This document shows positions 10,720-23,943 of a stretch of DNA of 64,000 bases, piece after piece. Location of the stretch: assembly GCF_006345805.1 (NCBI RefSeq), contig NC_043001.1:60078001-60142000 (forward strand), given 5' to 3'. How positions within the stretch are numbered: position 1 is the stretch's first letter; the number at the start of each line of letters is the position of its first letter. The notes beneath the pieces are model-generated. The model ran no database searches. It was not told where the DNA came from and worked only from the letters and a program-made list of their open reading frames with translations. The translations under genes were made by a program, and so were the position numbers. The stretch is from Octopus sinensis. Lineage: Eukaryota.

Positions 10720-10967
10720 AAGCATAGATATACTTACACATATATGTATGTATATATAAACAAGCATAGATATACATACACATGCCCGGCGCAGGTTTAA
10801 GAACTTGATACTTAATTTGGTAATTTTTCTTCAGTCCCTCTGCGTGGTACTTTAAGTAAATGTTTTCTACTATAACCACGGGCCGCCCAAATTCTTCTGG
10901 GTCGGTTTGGTAGATGGAAGCTGAAATAATAGTGTCGTATATTATATATATATATACACATATATGA

Positions 10968-11012
<45 letters not shown>

Positions 11013-11187
11013 TAGGAGAGGGAGGCACAAGACGAAAATGAAAGGAGGAAAAGAGTGCACATTTGAAAGATAGAAAATAAAGTACGAGAAGATTAAGAGA
11101 AGGCTTAGAAATATTGAACCTATGGAAAATGAGGAAGCGTTGCTTATTATTTATGTGATTTGTGGGAAGAAATGCTTGATTCGTGCA
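9913..11187. repeat. ~1.27-kb near-perfect palindrome centred on a PLE-type fragment
   Basis: Outer arms 9913-~10370 and ~10672-11187; inner arms 10436-10546 and 10561-10671; 14-nt spacer. Arms include a SINE fragment and (CA)n/(TA)n. Confidence 0.95.
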
Positions 11188-11789
11188 GGTCTGGTGAGCC
11201 ATCAGAGACTCATAGGAGTTAACCCATTGTAAATTGTGACGTGGCTATTGTTTACAACAGAACATAAGTAACCAATGCGAAGGTATTCCTTTCACTTAGT
11301 TGATTGAAAATGCATGTCAAAACAGTTCATATTGTGGTACCTGTTTCTTCAGCCAGCCAGCAGAGCTTTGCATTATGCAATCAAATATGCAAATATTTAG
11401 CCGGGCTCAAGTGTAATACAAGTGCCTACCATTGCATCCCCGATGACTCATTTCAATGATACTTTCTAGCGATGGTTTTGTTCGTATACGAGGAAGCAAC
11501 CGCCACCACTACTACTACACAACACACACACAGGAGTTTATTTTGGAAGTTAAAAATGCATCTGAATCTTACGATGTGTAGTTGTTTTCAAATTTTGTAA
11601 TAGATTTATACAAATATCAAACCTGTTTCGACAATCTTTGGTTATGAATGATACAAATGAATGAGTGAATGAATAAATAAATAAATAAAGTAAAGGGTGC
11701 GGGTGTGTTTAGATAAAAATCGGAAAAATATGTTTAAACGATCAAATATTCAACTGTTCAGAGAAATTTCAATGAGTTTCACAGGGATA

Positions 11790-12377
11790 GATCTATTGAT
11801 CTCTTTTGCCGAAACGCAAAGTTACGTAGACATAAGCACACCATCAGGCGGTGATGAGGACAAACACAGACACACAAACACACACACACACAAACATATA
11901 TATATATATATATATAAACACATCCACCCGCACACACAGACACACACACAAAAACGCACACATACACAAACATACACACACATGTATACTTGTAAACTGA
12001 GGATATATTTATTTCAAAGATTATGACTGTGGCTAGCGTATAAAAAAATGACCATATCAGTAAAATTAATTTTTAAGTATATAATTATAAAAATATAATT
12101 ATTGCTAAAGGCGCTGGAATACCAGCACCTATACACTAGAACCTGATTTCAAATACCTACAATTCACTCTACATTTGTTCTCTAATGTCGAATATACATG
12201 TCGAATATACATGATGGGCTTTTTTTCATTTTCTGTCCACAAAATCAAGACACAAGGTTTTTGTCGGTCCAAGGCTATAATACAAGGCAACGCTCAATGT
12301 GCCAGACAGTGGGACAGAACCCGAAACCACATGCTTTGAAAGCAAGCTCCTTACTTACAATAAAACCTCTCTGTGCC
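11790..12377 (-). mobile_element. SINE family A, decayed and interrupted
   Basis: Middle segment ~11790-11890 and head ~12200-12377 resemble 322-746. Confidence 0.65.
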
Positions 12378-12429
12378 AATATATATATGTGTGTGTGTGC
12401 GTTCGTGTGTGTGTATGTATATATATATA

Positions 12430-12660
12430 TCTTTTACTCTTTTACTCTTTTACTTGTTTCAGTCATTTGACTGCGGCCATGCTGGAGCACCGCCTTTAGT
12501 CGAGCAACTCGACCCCGGGACTTATTCTTTTGTAAGCCCAGTACTTATTCTATCGTTCTCCGGGGCTATAGCAGAAGACACTTGCCCAAGATGCCACGCA
12601 GTGGGACTGAACCCGGAACCATGTGGTTGGTCGACAAGCTACTTACCACACAGCCACTCC
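12430..12660 (-). mobile_element. SINE family A with internal deletion
   Basis: Head and tail nearly identical to 322-746; middle missing. Confidence 0.85.
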
Positions 12661-12664
12661 TATA

Positions 12665-12701
<37 letters not shown>

Positions 12702-13080
12702 GTGTATATCCTTGCCTTCTTGGATATTTATGTAAAATTATACTAATGTGTCCATCTGTTTTAATTTAAATAAATACTATGTCTTTATGCTGATGACGAT
12801 TGCTCTGTATTTAAATTGATGTAATGATTGCATTGTTCAATTAAATGAAGTTGCTTGAAACGATCGTATTGCATTACTTATGGATATCCTTGTTGTATAT
12901 TTTGATTTAATCACCTTATTTTGAAATTATATGGATAATACGGTACTAAATTCTGGTGCCCCAACTTAAGTACCATACTCATATGAATTCAAATTTTGCT
13001 GTATATATATATATATATATACGTTTAAATATTTGTTGTGCAAGATTTTTTATGTGAAGTCGTGTGTTGAAACAGATATT

Positions 13081-13695
13081 GTTATATTTCGGAATGGTCA
13101 CATTGCCAGTTTAGCCAATAAAAACACACGCACTATATATTTGGTGTTATTTTGCTTCAGTGATATTTATTTTTTACATTAATCTTAATCTTATTTCGGC
13201 CAGAGTTCTTTCGTCACACTCCTGTGACCGCATCAGTGGTCCTTTGTTTTCTTCTTTCGTATTTGTGTCTCTCCTTACTAACCGTCAGCCATTTTGTATT
13301 TCTATTGTGTCTTCATTTGGGCATGCTTATATCTCTATGTGCGTCTATGTTTATTTAGTGTGTGTGTGGGGGGGATGCCTGTAATATTTGTATCTTCTGT
13401 TTATATACATTCATGTAATTTGTATTTTGTTTTTGTTGTTGTTGCTTTTGTTCTAATTTTGTTCATATAATAGAAAATAAACCTAGCCTGAATAGAAAAC
13501 TAGAATGGAGCAATAGCACACACCACAACATATGGCGATAGAGGATCCTGAAAACATAATAAATAAATACACAGATAGATAAACAAATAGAAATGAATAA
13601 CTATATATATGTATATATATCTATGTATGTATATGTATGTATATATATGTATATGAATAACTATATATATGTATATATATCTATGTATGTATATG

Positions 13696-13731
<36 letters not shown>

Positions 13732-14232
13732 ATTTTATTTATTTTATTTTTTTTTCTATTAGATTTATTATTATTCTTACTAATATTGTTGTTATACATA
13801 CATACAAGCATATGTAATGATAATAATGGGTGGATGTAAACACATGAACAAAATTAGAACAAAAGCAACAACAACAAAAACAAAATACAAATTACATGAA
13901 TGTATATAAACAGAAGATACAAATATTACAGGCATCCCCCCACACACACACACTAAATAAACATAGACGCACATAGAGATATAAGCATGCGCAAATGAAG
14001 ACATACAATAGAAATACAAAATGGCTGACGGTTAGTAAGGAGAGACACAAATACGAAAGAAGAAAACAAAGGACCACTGATGCGGTCACAGGAGTGTGAC
14101 GAAAGAACTCTGGCCAAAATAAGATTAAGATTAATGTAAAAAATAAATATCACTGAAGCAAACTAACACCAAATATATAGTGCGTGTGTTTTTATTGGCT
14201 AAACTGGCAATATGACCATTCCGATACATAAC
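13081..14232 (+). mobile_element. Severely 5'-truncated PLE with inverted pseudo-LTR
   Basis: Inverted arms 13081-13466 and 13844-14232; spacer encodes [14 protein letters not shown]...*, resembling a GIY-YIG C-terminus; decayed HHR at 14071-14115; flanked by (TA)n. Confidence 0.7.
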
Positions 14233-14287
14233 TATATATATATATATATATACGCTGCGTATGTGTGTGTTTGTGTATGTTTGTCTC

Positions 14288-14345
<58 letters not shown>

Positions 14346-16353
14346 TGTGTGTATTTGATTTTATGTAAGCAGTACTTTTTTATAATTTCCGGTGTTCACT
14401 GTATATAATTTGGATTTGCCTGATTTTAATTGCACGTATTCAATTTTATAGCTGAAGTATTTTACGATACTCTCTGTTAGACGTATAGCTAGCTTATTTC
14501 CATTTGACAAGTACAGTTAATCCTCATGATTGTAACCTGTTCTGTCTTCGATGAAGATTCTCAATATAATCTCAAATATAATGGATGGGATTATAATTTA
14601 GTATCTATGCAGAATCTATTAATTTGGTTAACTATTCCATCGTTTTAAATTTGAATATGTTTGTGTTTTTTCTCTAATGTAGACGTTTCTTCAATTTTTG
14701 CGATTCGATGTTAACCTAATTTAATTCCGTCTAAATTCCGAAATATAGTCTCAGTTCTTTTCAATCTGTATATACATCATTGATAAACATTCTAATGTAT
14801 AAATATAGTAGATGAAGAGTATTCTATTTCAAAAGTCTATACAATTTTAGAAGAAATATGATACAAAACTTTTATGCATTATGTAGTAACTAATTTAACT
14901 GTTTCAGATACATTTTCGACATATATACATGTATTGAAGGTACCAAATAATATCAAGTGTATACTAATCAACGGTAATGTTAAATGAAGTGATAAAACTT
15001 CAGGATTAAAAAGTTGTCGGGTTTAACACCACCACCTGATCTGTGATTCTCTTCACTGCAATTCCCCTTCTGCTAGCTCATTGTAGACGTCTATTTTCTC
15101 TGTTACTCTTGTTTATTGTTCAGTTATTAACATCTTGTTATTTTTACGTAGATGGACATTGGACATTACCAATCACATTAGTATAGGAATATATAAATGT
15201 TCGTGAGTAATGATCTTTCTACAACGATTTATATAAACATATGAAATGTGATAGAATGTCATACGCATTATGAATGTAATAGAAGAAAAAAGGAAAGCCT
15301 ATCTATCTCAGAGATATAAATTTGATATGTATAGAGGTAATACTGATGAATAACTAGGAATTCAAACTGCGCTCTAGGAACACTCTATGGTTTATCATAG
15401 GTAGTTTTTCTTTTTTACTGAATTAGTCTGAACTAATAGGTAATGTCATGAAATTCACAAATCATGCTGAATGGGATATAAAGAAAAAATACAATCCGCC
15501 ATCCTGCTATTCTTAGCATTAAAAAAATGACCCGTTCATAGGAAAGATGATAATGTGTGTGCGGCCTCTCGCGTCGATATTTTTTGCTGTTCCTGTATAG
15601 CTTCAAATCGAGACAAACATTGGCCAACATATTGCAGCGGGTGCATCCAGTCTTCAAATTTCAGACTAAGTGTCTCGAATTATATCTTATCTAAAATGAC
15701 TTCACTTTTTAAAACCTTTCTAATGTAGTTCTTCATTAAGAACTGTTTACTATTATTAGCATTCTATTTGACCATTTAGACATGTCCAAAAGTAGCTTGG
15801 GAAATAGAGTGTGTATATGCAGAAATGATAATTTTGTGTAAGTGTCAAAAAGGACGAGTTGTCAGATACTACGTCAAAGCCTATCCAGCCACGACACTGT
15901 GTTTTTTCTGGAAGAGTAGAGGGTATATTTAATATTTCATCGTTATATATGATGACATATTCTAAAATCAGTGGGGTTGGACTAATATTTTTCTTGGTTT
16001 GATAAACTAAGTCTATGCATTCTAGTTTGGTTGCCCAGTAGATTTTAAAAGTAGTAGTAAATATTTCATATCGATAACGGACGGATGAAGCACAGAGTAT
16101 AATATAGAAAATAGATAGTTACAGCATGTGATACTCGGCAACTCACTTATGATATAATTTTTCTTCGTGTAGATCTCGATATAGACAAACAAAAATAACA
16201 TATTGATACTATTAAATATATCTGTGATTTCAGTAATACTACCATCAAGATTATGAAGGCTTTTGGGGATATATGAAATAAGAGATATCATATCTTGCAT
16301 TTCAAAGGTAACGCAACCACAGGTAAATACACACACACACACACATACGAATC

Positions 16354-16393
<40 letters not shown>

Positions 16394-16402
16394 GTGGAGT
16401 AG

Positions 16403-16447
<45 letters not shown>

Positions 16448-16574
16448 TAAGCAGGTAAAGTTAGAGCTGTTTAAAGGGATATATATATCCGACGGCACTC
16501 CTGGTAATTACCTCAGTAGGTATAGTCCTCGGTAAAGGTATAAGGCTGCTGGTAATTTGCCAGGTAAAGCTTAG

Positions 16575-18520
16575 TTTAATTTATATAGACGATAAGAAAA
16601 TGGAGGTTAAATAATAAGAATTGTGTCTTTTGCTCTAGGAAGCCATTATTTAATTAGTTAAGAAAGGTGAGAATGAGAGTGAGTTTACGATCGTGTCTGT
16701 GTACTATGATGAGGAAAATATATATTCATATTTTTGCATCGTTGCCAATGGTAGACATCCTCAGAACGATGAAATAAGAGGTAGAGAAGAGCGAAAGGCA
16801 GAAGGATACATCGGTAAAAAAAATGATCAAAGGTTCGAAAGTCTTACGGTCGAGTTAGGTTCACTGTTCGTTAAGTCCGTTGTGAAGTGGAAGAATAGAA
16901 GTTAGTTGAACCTGTAGTCTCGTGGTCATTTAGTAGCATGGTTTCCTATATAACCCCAGAAAAGAGTGCGTACAGAAATAACCCCAATAAAACTGACATT
17001 AGCAATAATAAAGATAAGCACAACTATAGAAAGAAATACAATACCCTGACTACAATTTTACACACTACACGAATACTGAGGGCAGTTTCTACACCAAAAA
17101 TAACAATATTAATTCTAAACGAAATAGTGACAAGATCTGGCAAATAATCTCCTTGGCCATTAAGCTCAAATCTAACATAGTTCACTCCATAATGAGACTC
17201 ATAGATAAGCACTTAAACCTAAATAATAAATATGCAGCAATATTTAAGAATAAAATTAGAGTAGGCCATAGCCTGACTAGTAACTTAGCTACCATCATAG
17301 CCTCGATAAATAATAATAAGCTAGAAACCATCTACGAAACTAGGAAAATTAGCAACATAAAACATAACAGCCAACCGGCAAATAGAATAAATTTCACCCC
17401 TAATGACGCGCTTTCAAGCAACACGGACAACGACCCGAGAAACAGTATCTCCCCCCCCCCTCAACACAACACTAGCACAGATAAACTGAATAATTTATGT
17501 GGCTGCAGAGACAGAAATAAGTGTCAATTCTCTAATAGATGTAAAACAAAAAGAATGTAGTATACCACTGCGATGTAGTGGCAAATAACCATACAAAATC
17601 GCATATAGCAACCACGAAGAACAAATGTTATTTAGGTACAATTCTCACCAATCTAGTTTGAGAAATAGAAGTAAAGTAAACACTACAGGGCTTAATATCT
17701 ACATCTTTGTTTAACAGAACACCTCTAAATATTAATGTCTAAACCGCCTGTACTCAATAGGTATTATGAAAATACTTTTTGTCTACATATAGGCCAATCT
17801 GTCTTTTCTAAGTTTCGTTAAACCCGGTCAATCCTGTACATATCCCTAACTCCTATCCATAACCCTACTAACAGACCTACTTATCAGCGCATTACCTCCC
17901 CTTAACCTATTGCTAACAAGCATACACCAATCCAAACCTACTTTATAAATGAATAAACAATATACCTAAACCATATTCTATGTTACACTACTCCAAACCC
18001 ACATTATAAACCAAGAATTATATACCTATTCTACATCATACGCTAGCCTATTTATTCCTATATTTCCTTTTAGTCGAGAACCACCAACGCCACTTACACG
18101 CAAATATTCCCCTTCCAACCTCCTTTCTCTTTGCACTCTTAATAACTAAATATTATTAAGGAAGCTTATTAAGGAAGCTAAATCACCACGAGACCACAGG
18201 TTCAAATATCTTCTACTCTTCTTCCACCTCTCAACGAACTTAACGAACAGTGAATCTAACTATGATGTAAGACTTTCGAACCTTTGATCATCTTCTTTTC
18301 CGATGTATCCTTCTACCTTTCGCTCTTCTCTACCTCTGAATTGCAACGAGGCAAAAATATAAATATATATTTTCTTCATCATGGTACACAGAAACGATCT
18401 TAAACTCACTCTCACTCTCAACTTTCTTAACTAATTTTATAAAGGTTTCCTAGCGCAAAAGACACGCTTCTTATTGTTATTTTTCCTCTTTTTTCTTATC
18501 GTCTAACTATCTGTCTATCC
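16575..18520 (+). mobile_element. Decayed Penelope-like element with inverted terminal arms
   Basis: Diverged inverted arms ~16575-16950 and ~18170-18520 around a linker/GIY-YIG remnant. Confidence 0.75.
17153..17720 (+). pseudogene. PLE linker and GIY-YIG endonuclease remnant
   Basis: IKSNIV...IDKHL...IRVGHS.TSNLATII, CGCRDRNKCQFSNRC and RYNSHQSSLRNRSKVNTTGL align by eye with the 26031-27734 ORF. Confidence 0.8.
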
Positions 18521-18532
18521 ATCTCTCTCTCG

Positions 18533-18612
<80 letters not shown>

Positions 18613-18615
18613 ATA

Positions 18616-18655
<40 letters not shown>

Positions 18656-18719
18656 CATATATATATATATATGTGTGTGTGTATTGATAGATCGTTAGCC
18701 ACTACACACATTTTTTCTC

Positions 18720-18871
18720 TCCTCATTTCTCTCGTTTTTTCTGTGTCCCTTTCTGTAGAAGAGCGTAGGCTCGAAACGTACAAGACTTTTTCTATTCCTA
18801 AGCGTTATACTAATACATCTGTTTTTTTTGTACACCACCTGTCTTCGTCTTTTGTTTTTTTCGTAAACTCT

Positions 18872-18875
<4 letters not shown>
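18720..18875 (+). mobile_element. PLE-type non-autonomous terminal fragment with atypical HHR-like motif
   Basis: Related to the reverse complement of 60975-61140 and to 35280-35372 and 58385-58455. Confidence 0.6.
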
Positions 18876-18935
<60 letters not shown>

Positions 18936-19099
18936 AATAGTTATGGATCCTTATATATTAATATATTTTATATCCTATATGTAAAGAATAATATGTTATA
19001 CATGTATGTATATTATTGTAATTGTCAGTTTAGTAAATAAGTAAATAAGTTAACATAATATAATGTCTAAAAGATGATGAACCATCTATTGATCCCCTC

Positions 19100-19149
<50 letters not shown>

Positions 19150-20056
19150 CTATTCCTAATTCCTGCACACTTTCCACGCATATATAAAGCTATGTTTCAT
19201 TCTTCGATACATTAGAGTGCAAAATAAAGTTATTTATTATATTATAATACTTGAAAGACTTACGTATGACTGAGTGTTTGAGATTTTCTCTTCACAGTCG
19301 CTCAGTTCCAAGATCAATCCTGCTGTGTGGGAACTCGCGCAAGGGCATTAAATAAAGCAAAAACTTGGGAGTTAGGTTAGGAAGAACGAAACTTAATAAA
19401 AGCTCGTTTGGACTGTACCTGGTATGCTAGCGTTTGCTCTCACACAAATAATACAAGATCCATCTGTGGAATATGCAACCACTTAGTTCTTTAATAGTCA
19501 ACAACAGTAGTTACAACATAAATTGATGCTCGTATGTTAACATCGATGCATGACTCTATAATACATCATAGTGTCATCTCTAACATTTTCTGATCTCACT
19601 TATGGATTTAGGTGAATAAGTGAGTGATTCGCGGGATTGAAATCGAAAGTATTTGTTCGTGTGTATGGGCGGGGGGCGGGGTGAAATCTGAGTTTATAAC
19701 TGAAGATATTATTTATATCACATACTAAATTATAAACATAAATTTCGTAAAAAGATAGATACAACTCTGTTTTAATCTTTTATTAGTCTTCTTTAAATAG
19801 CGGTTATTAACAGATATAATTTCTTCGAAATATTTTTTACTACATTGAAATAAAAAGGGACGTGATTTCGTCATATGGACACATAATATAGAGCCAAAAT
19901 AAAACGAATTCTAATTTCACGTATTGATTGCGCCCCAAAAAGAGAAAGAAATGTAGCATTTCATAAAATACAGTGTCTTTTTCATGCATGCATACCTATA
20001 TACATGCATATATTCATAAATGCAAGCATACATACACGCACACACGCATAAACACA

Positions 20057-20159
<103 letters not shown>

Positions 20160-20213
20160 CAACATTATATACACATATTTTTGGTACATGTATAATATGT
20201 ACATATATTTATC

Positions 20214-20293
<80 letters not shown>

Positions 20294-20341
20294 TTATACA
20301 CATATATATTGATATATATCTATAGGTGCATTCATAAATGT

Positions 20342-20372
<31 letters not shown>

Positions 20373-20649
20373 GCATATACATAGAAGCACACACTGACAC
20401 ATACAAACACACAAAGAGGTAACTAGCCCTGAAAAAATATCTAACTAGAAAATCATATTAATACAGTAATTGTTAGTTTTCAGCAGGGAACAATGAATTC
20501 ACATCCACCGGCACAATTCACGAATATTTATTTATTTATCTTTTGAATTTTTTGTTTCCTCACTCAATAACTCAACTCATAGAATATAGTAGATTACTTT
20601 TATTTTCCTCTTTTATATTTTTTTTTCATTTCTATCACATTTTTAATGA

Positions 20650-21000
20650 CTAACGCTCTCATATTTCAACCGCTGCCTGTCCTGCATTGTCTCGCATGTT
20701 TCACATCCAACACGCCTTTCTACCCCACTGTAGAATTCTTTACATAGCTGCCAGTTTATTCCGGCTTATACCATTTCCTGTTTATTCTCTTTTCTTTTTT
20801 CTTTTCCATTGCAATTCGTTTCCTCTCCTATCACCACGTACTTCATCGCGCCCAAACTGTCCGATACACATCCACTTTATATTCTTCAAAATTTCTTCCT
20901 GACGCCACTCTATTCTGATATTTCTCAGACACTATATTCTTCATTCCATACATCTTGTTTCTCTTTTCGCTTCAGGTAATTATGCTAGTCGTTCGGTTCA
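20650..21000 (-). pseudogene. Possible very decayed RTE-like LINE 3' end
   Basis: Minus translations VRGDRRG...RKW and MQDRQRLK resemble the RTE C-terminal G.R.RGRP..RW...QDR..WR. Confidence 0.2.
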
Positions 21001-21586
21001 TAATATCCGCTCTCATCCATATGCCCTCCAACCCATCGCCCTCTAAATCCTCTGGATATTAGGCGTATTATTATGGGAGGCAATAAGTACCAATTACGAA
21101 AGTAAAAAAAAAACCCATTTAATGGTAAACCTGAATACACATTCAGAAAGTCAGCCGTAGACTTTTGTTCTCCTGGTACCTACTTGAATAATAGCTCTAA
21201 GGCTTTTCAAGCTTCTCTAGGAGTAGTAATACTGACGGGTAGATAATATCACTAAAACATAAGAGTAGAGAAAATGCTAACTTATGTAGTTTCAATGGGC
21301 TTTCCCAACGTTCGGCGTTAGTAGTGACCTTAGCGCTGGAAGGACTATCATAGTAAAGAAAATGTGGGTATTCAATCAGTGGATCACTGTCAAATTTTGC
21401 ATATACAATATATTCTTCACCTGATATTTTAGGGAAAATATTTGAATGTTATGGGAAATAAATCTAATAAACGAATCATTAGTGAATCGGTGTCGATAAT
21501 AGATACAAATGCAACGCACATACAAACAAAAACGGACGCGCACAGTTAATAATAATAATTATTAACTTATTATTATTATTATTATT

Positions 21587-21622
<36 letters not shown>

Positions 21623-21795
21623 ATTTAGCATATATAATCGTTGAGAGATATGTACATATTTAGAAACATCATACAGAACATTCTTTATATATAATACATC
21701 TAAGCATGTACATACACATATCTATATGCCTCTATATGTGTATTCATATAGATATGTGTTTCTTTGCGTATGAGCGTTTATATATATATATACAT

Positions 21796-21864
<69 letters not shown>

Positions 21865-21945
21865 TAGATGGCGAAAGAGATAGAGAAAGAGAGAGAGGGG
21901 CATAAATATACATACAGACATAGAGAGAAGCATATATAAAGTTTG

Positions 21946-21949
<4 letters not shown>

Positions 21950-21976
<27 letters not shown>

Positions 21977-21979
21977 GAT

Positions 21980-22066
<87 letters not shown>

Positions 22067-22085
22067 CATAGATAAGTAGATAGAT
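21950..22085. repeat. (GATA)n microsatellite; one of many (TA)n, (CA)n, (GA)n, (TATG)n arrays
   Basis: Read directly from the sequence. Confidence 0.95.
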
Positions 22086-22619
22086 ATACATGAATGCACA
22101 CACACATATATGCTTATAGTTGCTTGATACGTAATAAACACTTATTCGTATTTAATGTTCAAAAACATATAGCATTACTCACTCTGACTGATTTCTGTTA
22201 AGTAATTTTCTTCTTAGTTATGCTAATTATATAGGCCATAATTATGATCTAATATATTTCTATATATGTCTGAATCTTTCATCCTCCTTTTGACTAAGGA
22301 TATCAAATGTTAATCATAGTTTTTCTTCTTAGCACTTCACTTATAATTCTCTCTCCCCTTTTATAGAGGTAGAGTATATTTTCCTCAATGAGTTATCAAT
22401 GTTGGAGTACTCTCCATTTTTTAGATTATCTCTCGCACTTGGTGATGCAACCTGTTGCCATCACGTCACCGTTCTACCTTCCTCGGTAGTGAACACAGTA
22501 TTTTGATAAACTTGATTCCATCTTGCATGGCATTTGCTATGCTCATATTCCTCTTTATTCAAATACACGCAGGGATTTCTCTCAACTTTTCGATTCATTC
22601 ACAGAGATATACCTGGTTA

Positions 22620-23491
22620 TACGAGGTCTGATCAGTTATACGAGGTCAGATCTGGACTGTTTCCATAGTGACGAAGCTAAAGCACGCTGAGTAAAACCGC
22701 CAGGTGGAGATTGAACTTGAATTTAGCTGTGCATGCGCACTGAGTTTTAACGTTCTACCTCACTTCTGCTGTTTATAGCAGTGCTTGGAATGAACATGTG
22801 TAGCGTTTGATCGTCGAATTGACCATGGCAGAGAAAGTTGTCATGGTGATACCTGTTCAGAGGCCTACGAAACGTTGCAGACAGAGTATGGACAGAGATG
22901 TATGAGCGGGTCAGACGTTTCCAACATGGCCGAAAAAATGTCGATATTGATGAACGTTCTGGGAGACCCACAACCCGCAGAACTGAGAAAAAAAAGCAGA
23001 TGCGCGTGCAGCTGTACGTGGAAATCATCCAATCACCATCCGTGAGTTATCAAATGATGTGCAGATTAGTTACGGTTCAGTTCAGTCCATCATCACGGAA
23101 GATTTGGGTATGAGATGCATGTCTGTCACGTTTGTGCCAAAACTGCTTTCTGCTGTCCAAAAACACACCCGGCTTTCACTTGCATAATATCTCGTTGATT
23201 GTGTCGAGAACGATGAAAAACGTAAAACCCTTGCGTAGACCTCTGAGCAAGTATCGTCAATCTTTTGGCAAAACTTGATGCAGATTCTCTGCTCAACTTT
23301 TTCTGTCATGTTCAATGCGATGATCAGATGCAACACACGTTCATTCCAAACAATGCTATAAACAGCAGCAGTGAGCTAGGACGTTAAATATCAGAGCGCA
23401 TTCACACCGAAGTTCAAGATCAATCAGGTACCAAGCAGCTTCACTCCGCATGCCCTGGCTTCGTTACAGTCTGCATGCTTATTGAACGGCC
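22620..23491 (+). mobile_element. mariner derivative made of two facing 5' ends
   Basis: TA-CGAGG start; MAEKV...GDTCSEAYETL...FQHGRKNVDIDERSGRPTT; 23240-23491 is a diverged inverted 5' end encoding MTEKVEQRICIKFCQK and ending at TA. Confidence 0.8.
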
Positions 23492-23636
<145 letters not shown>

Positions 23637-23823
23637 TACAAAATTAGAGAATGGAGAAACATACTTAAATCAATAAAACATCAACTATCCGATGATACCC
23701 AATCAATACTTTAATACACCATTACATATGAGTAAAGGCATTATATAAAATGAGATATACAGTAATAGTAAAAAGATAAAGAGATATAAGTAAAAAATTT
23801 TTTCAAATATAATATGCAATTAA

Positions 23824-23943
23824 ATCAAAACTGACAGCTGTTTCGGCAGTGAGGGCAGTCATACCTCATTTAACCTCTTAGCCATAAAGGCAGGTATAAA
23901 TGAGGCATTAACAGGATGCCCCACGGCCTCTTCAGAGAATTAA
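23824..23943 (-). ncRNA. Type-I hammerhead in sense pLTR of the PLE
   Basis: Minus strand CTGAAGA-GGC...GCC-GAAA-CAGCTG-TC; palindromic P3 ACAGCTGT; P1 has 2 bp then a U-U internal loop. Confidence 0.7.
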
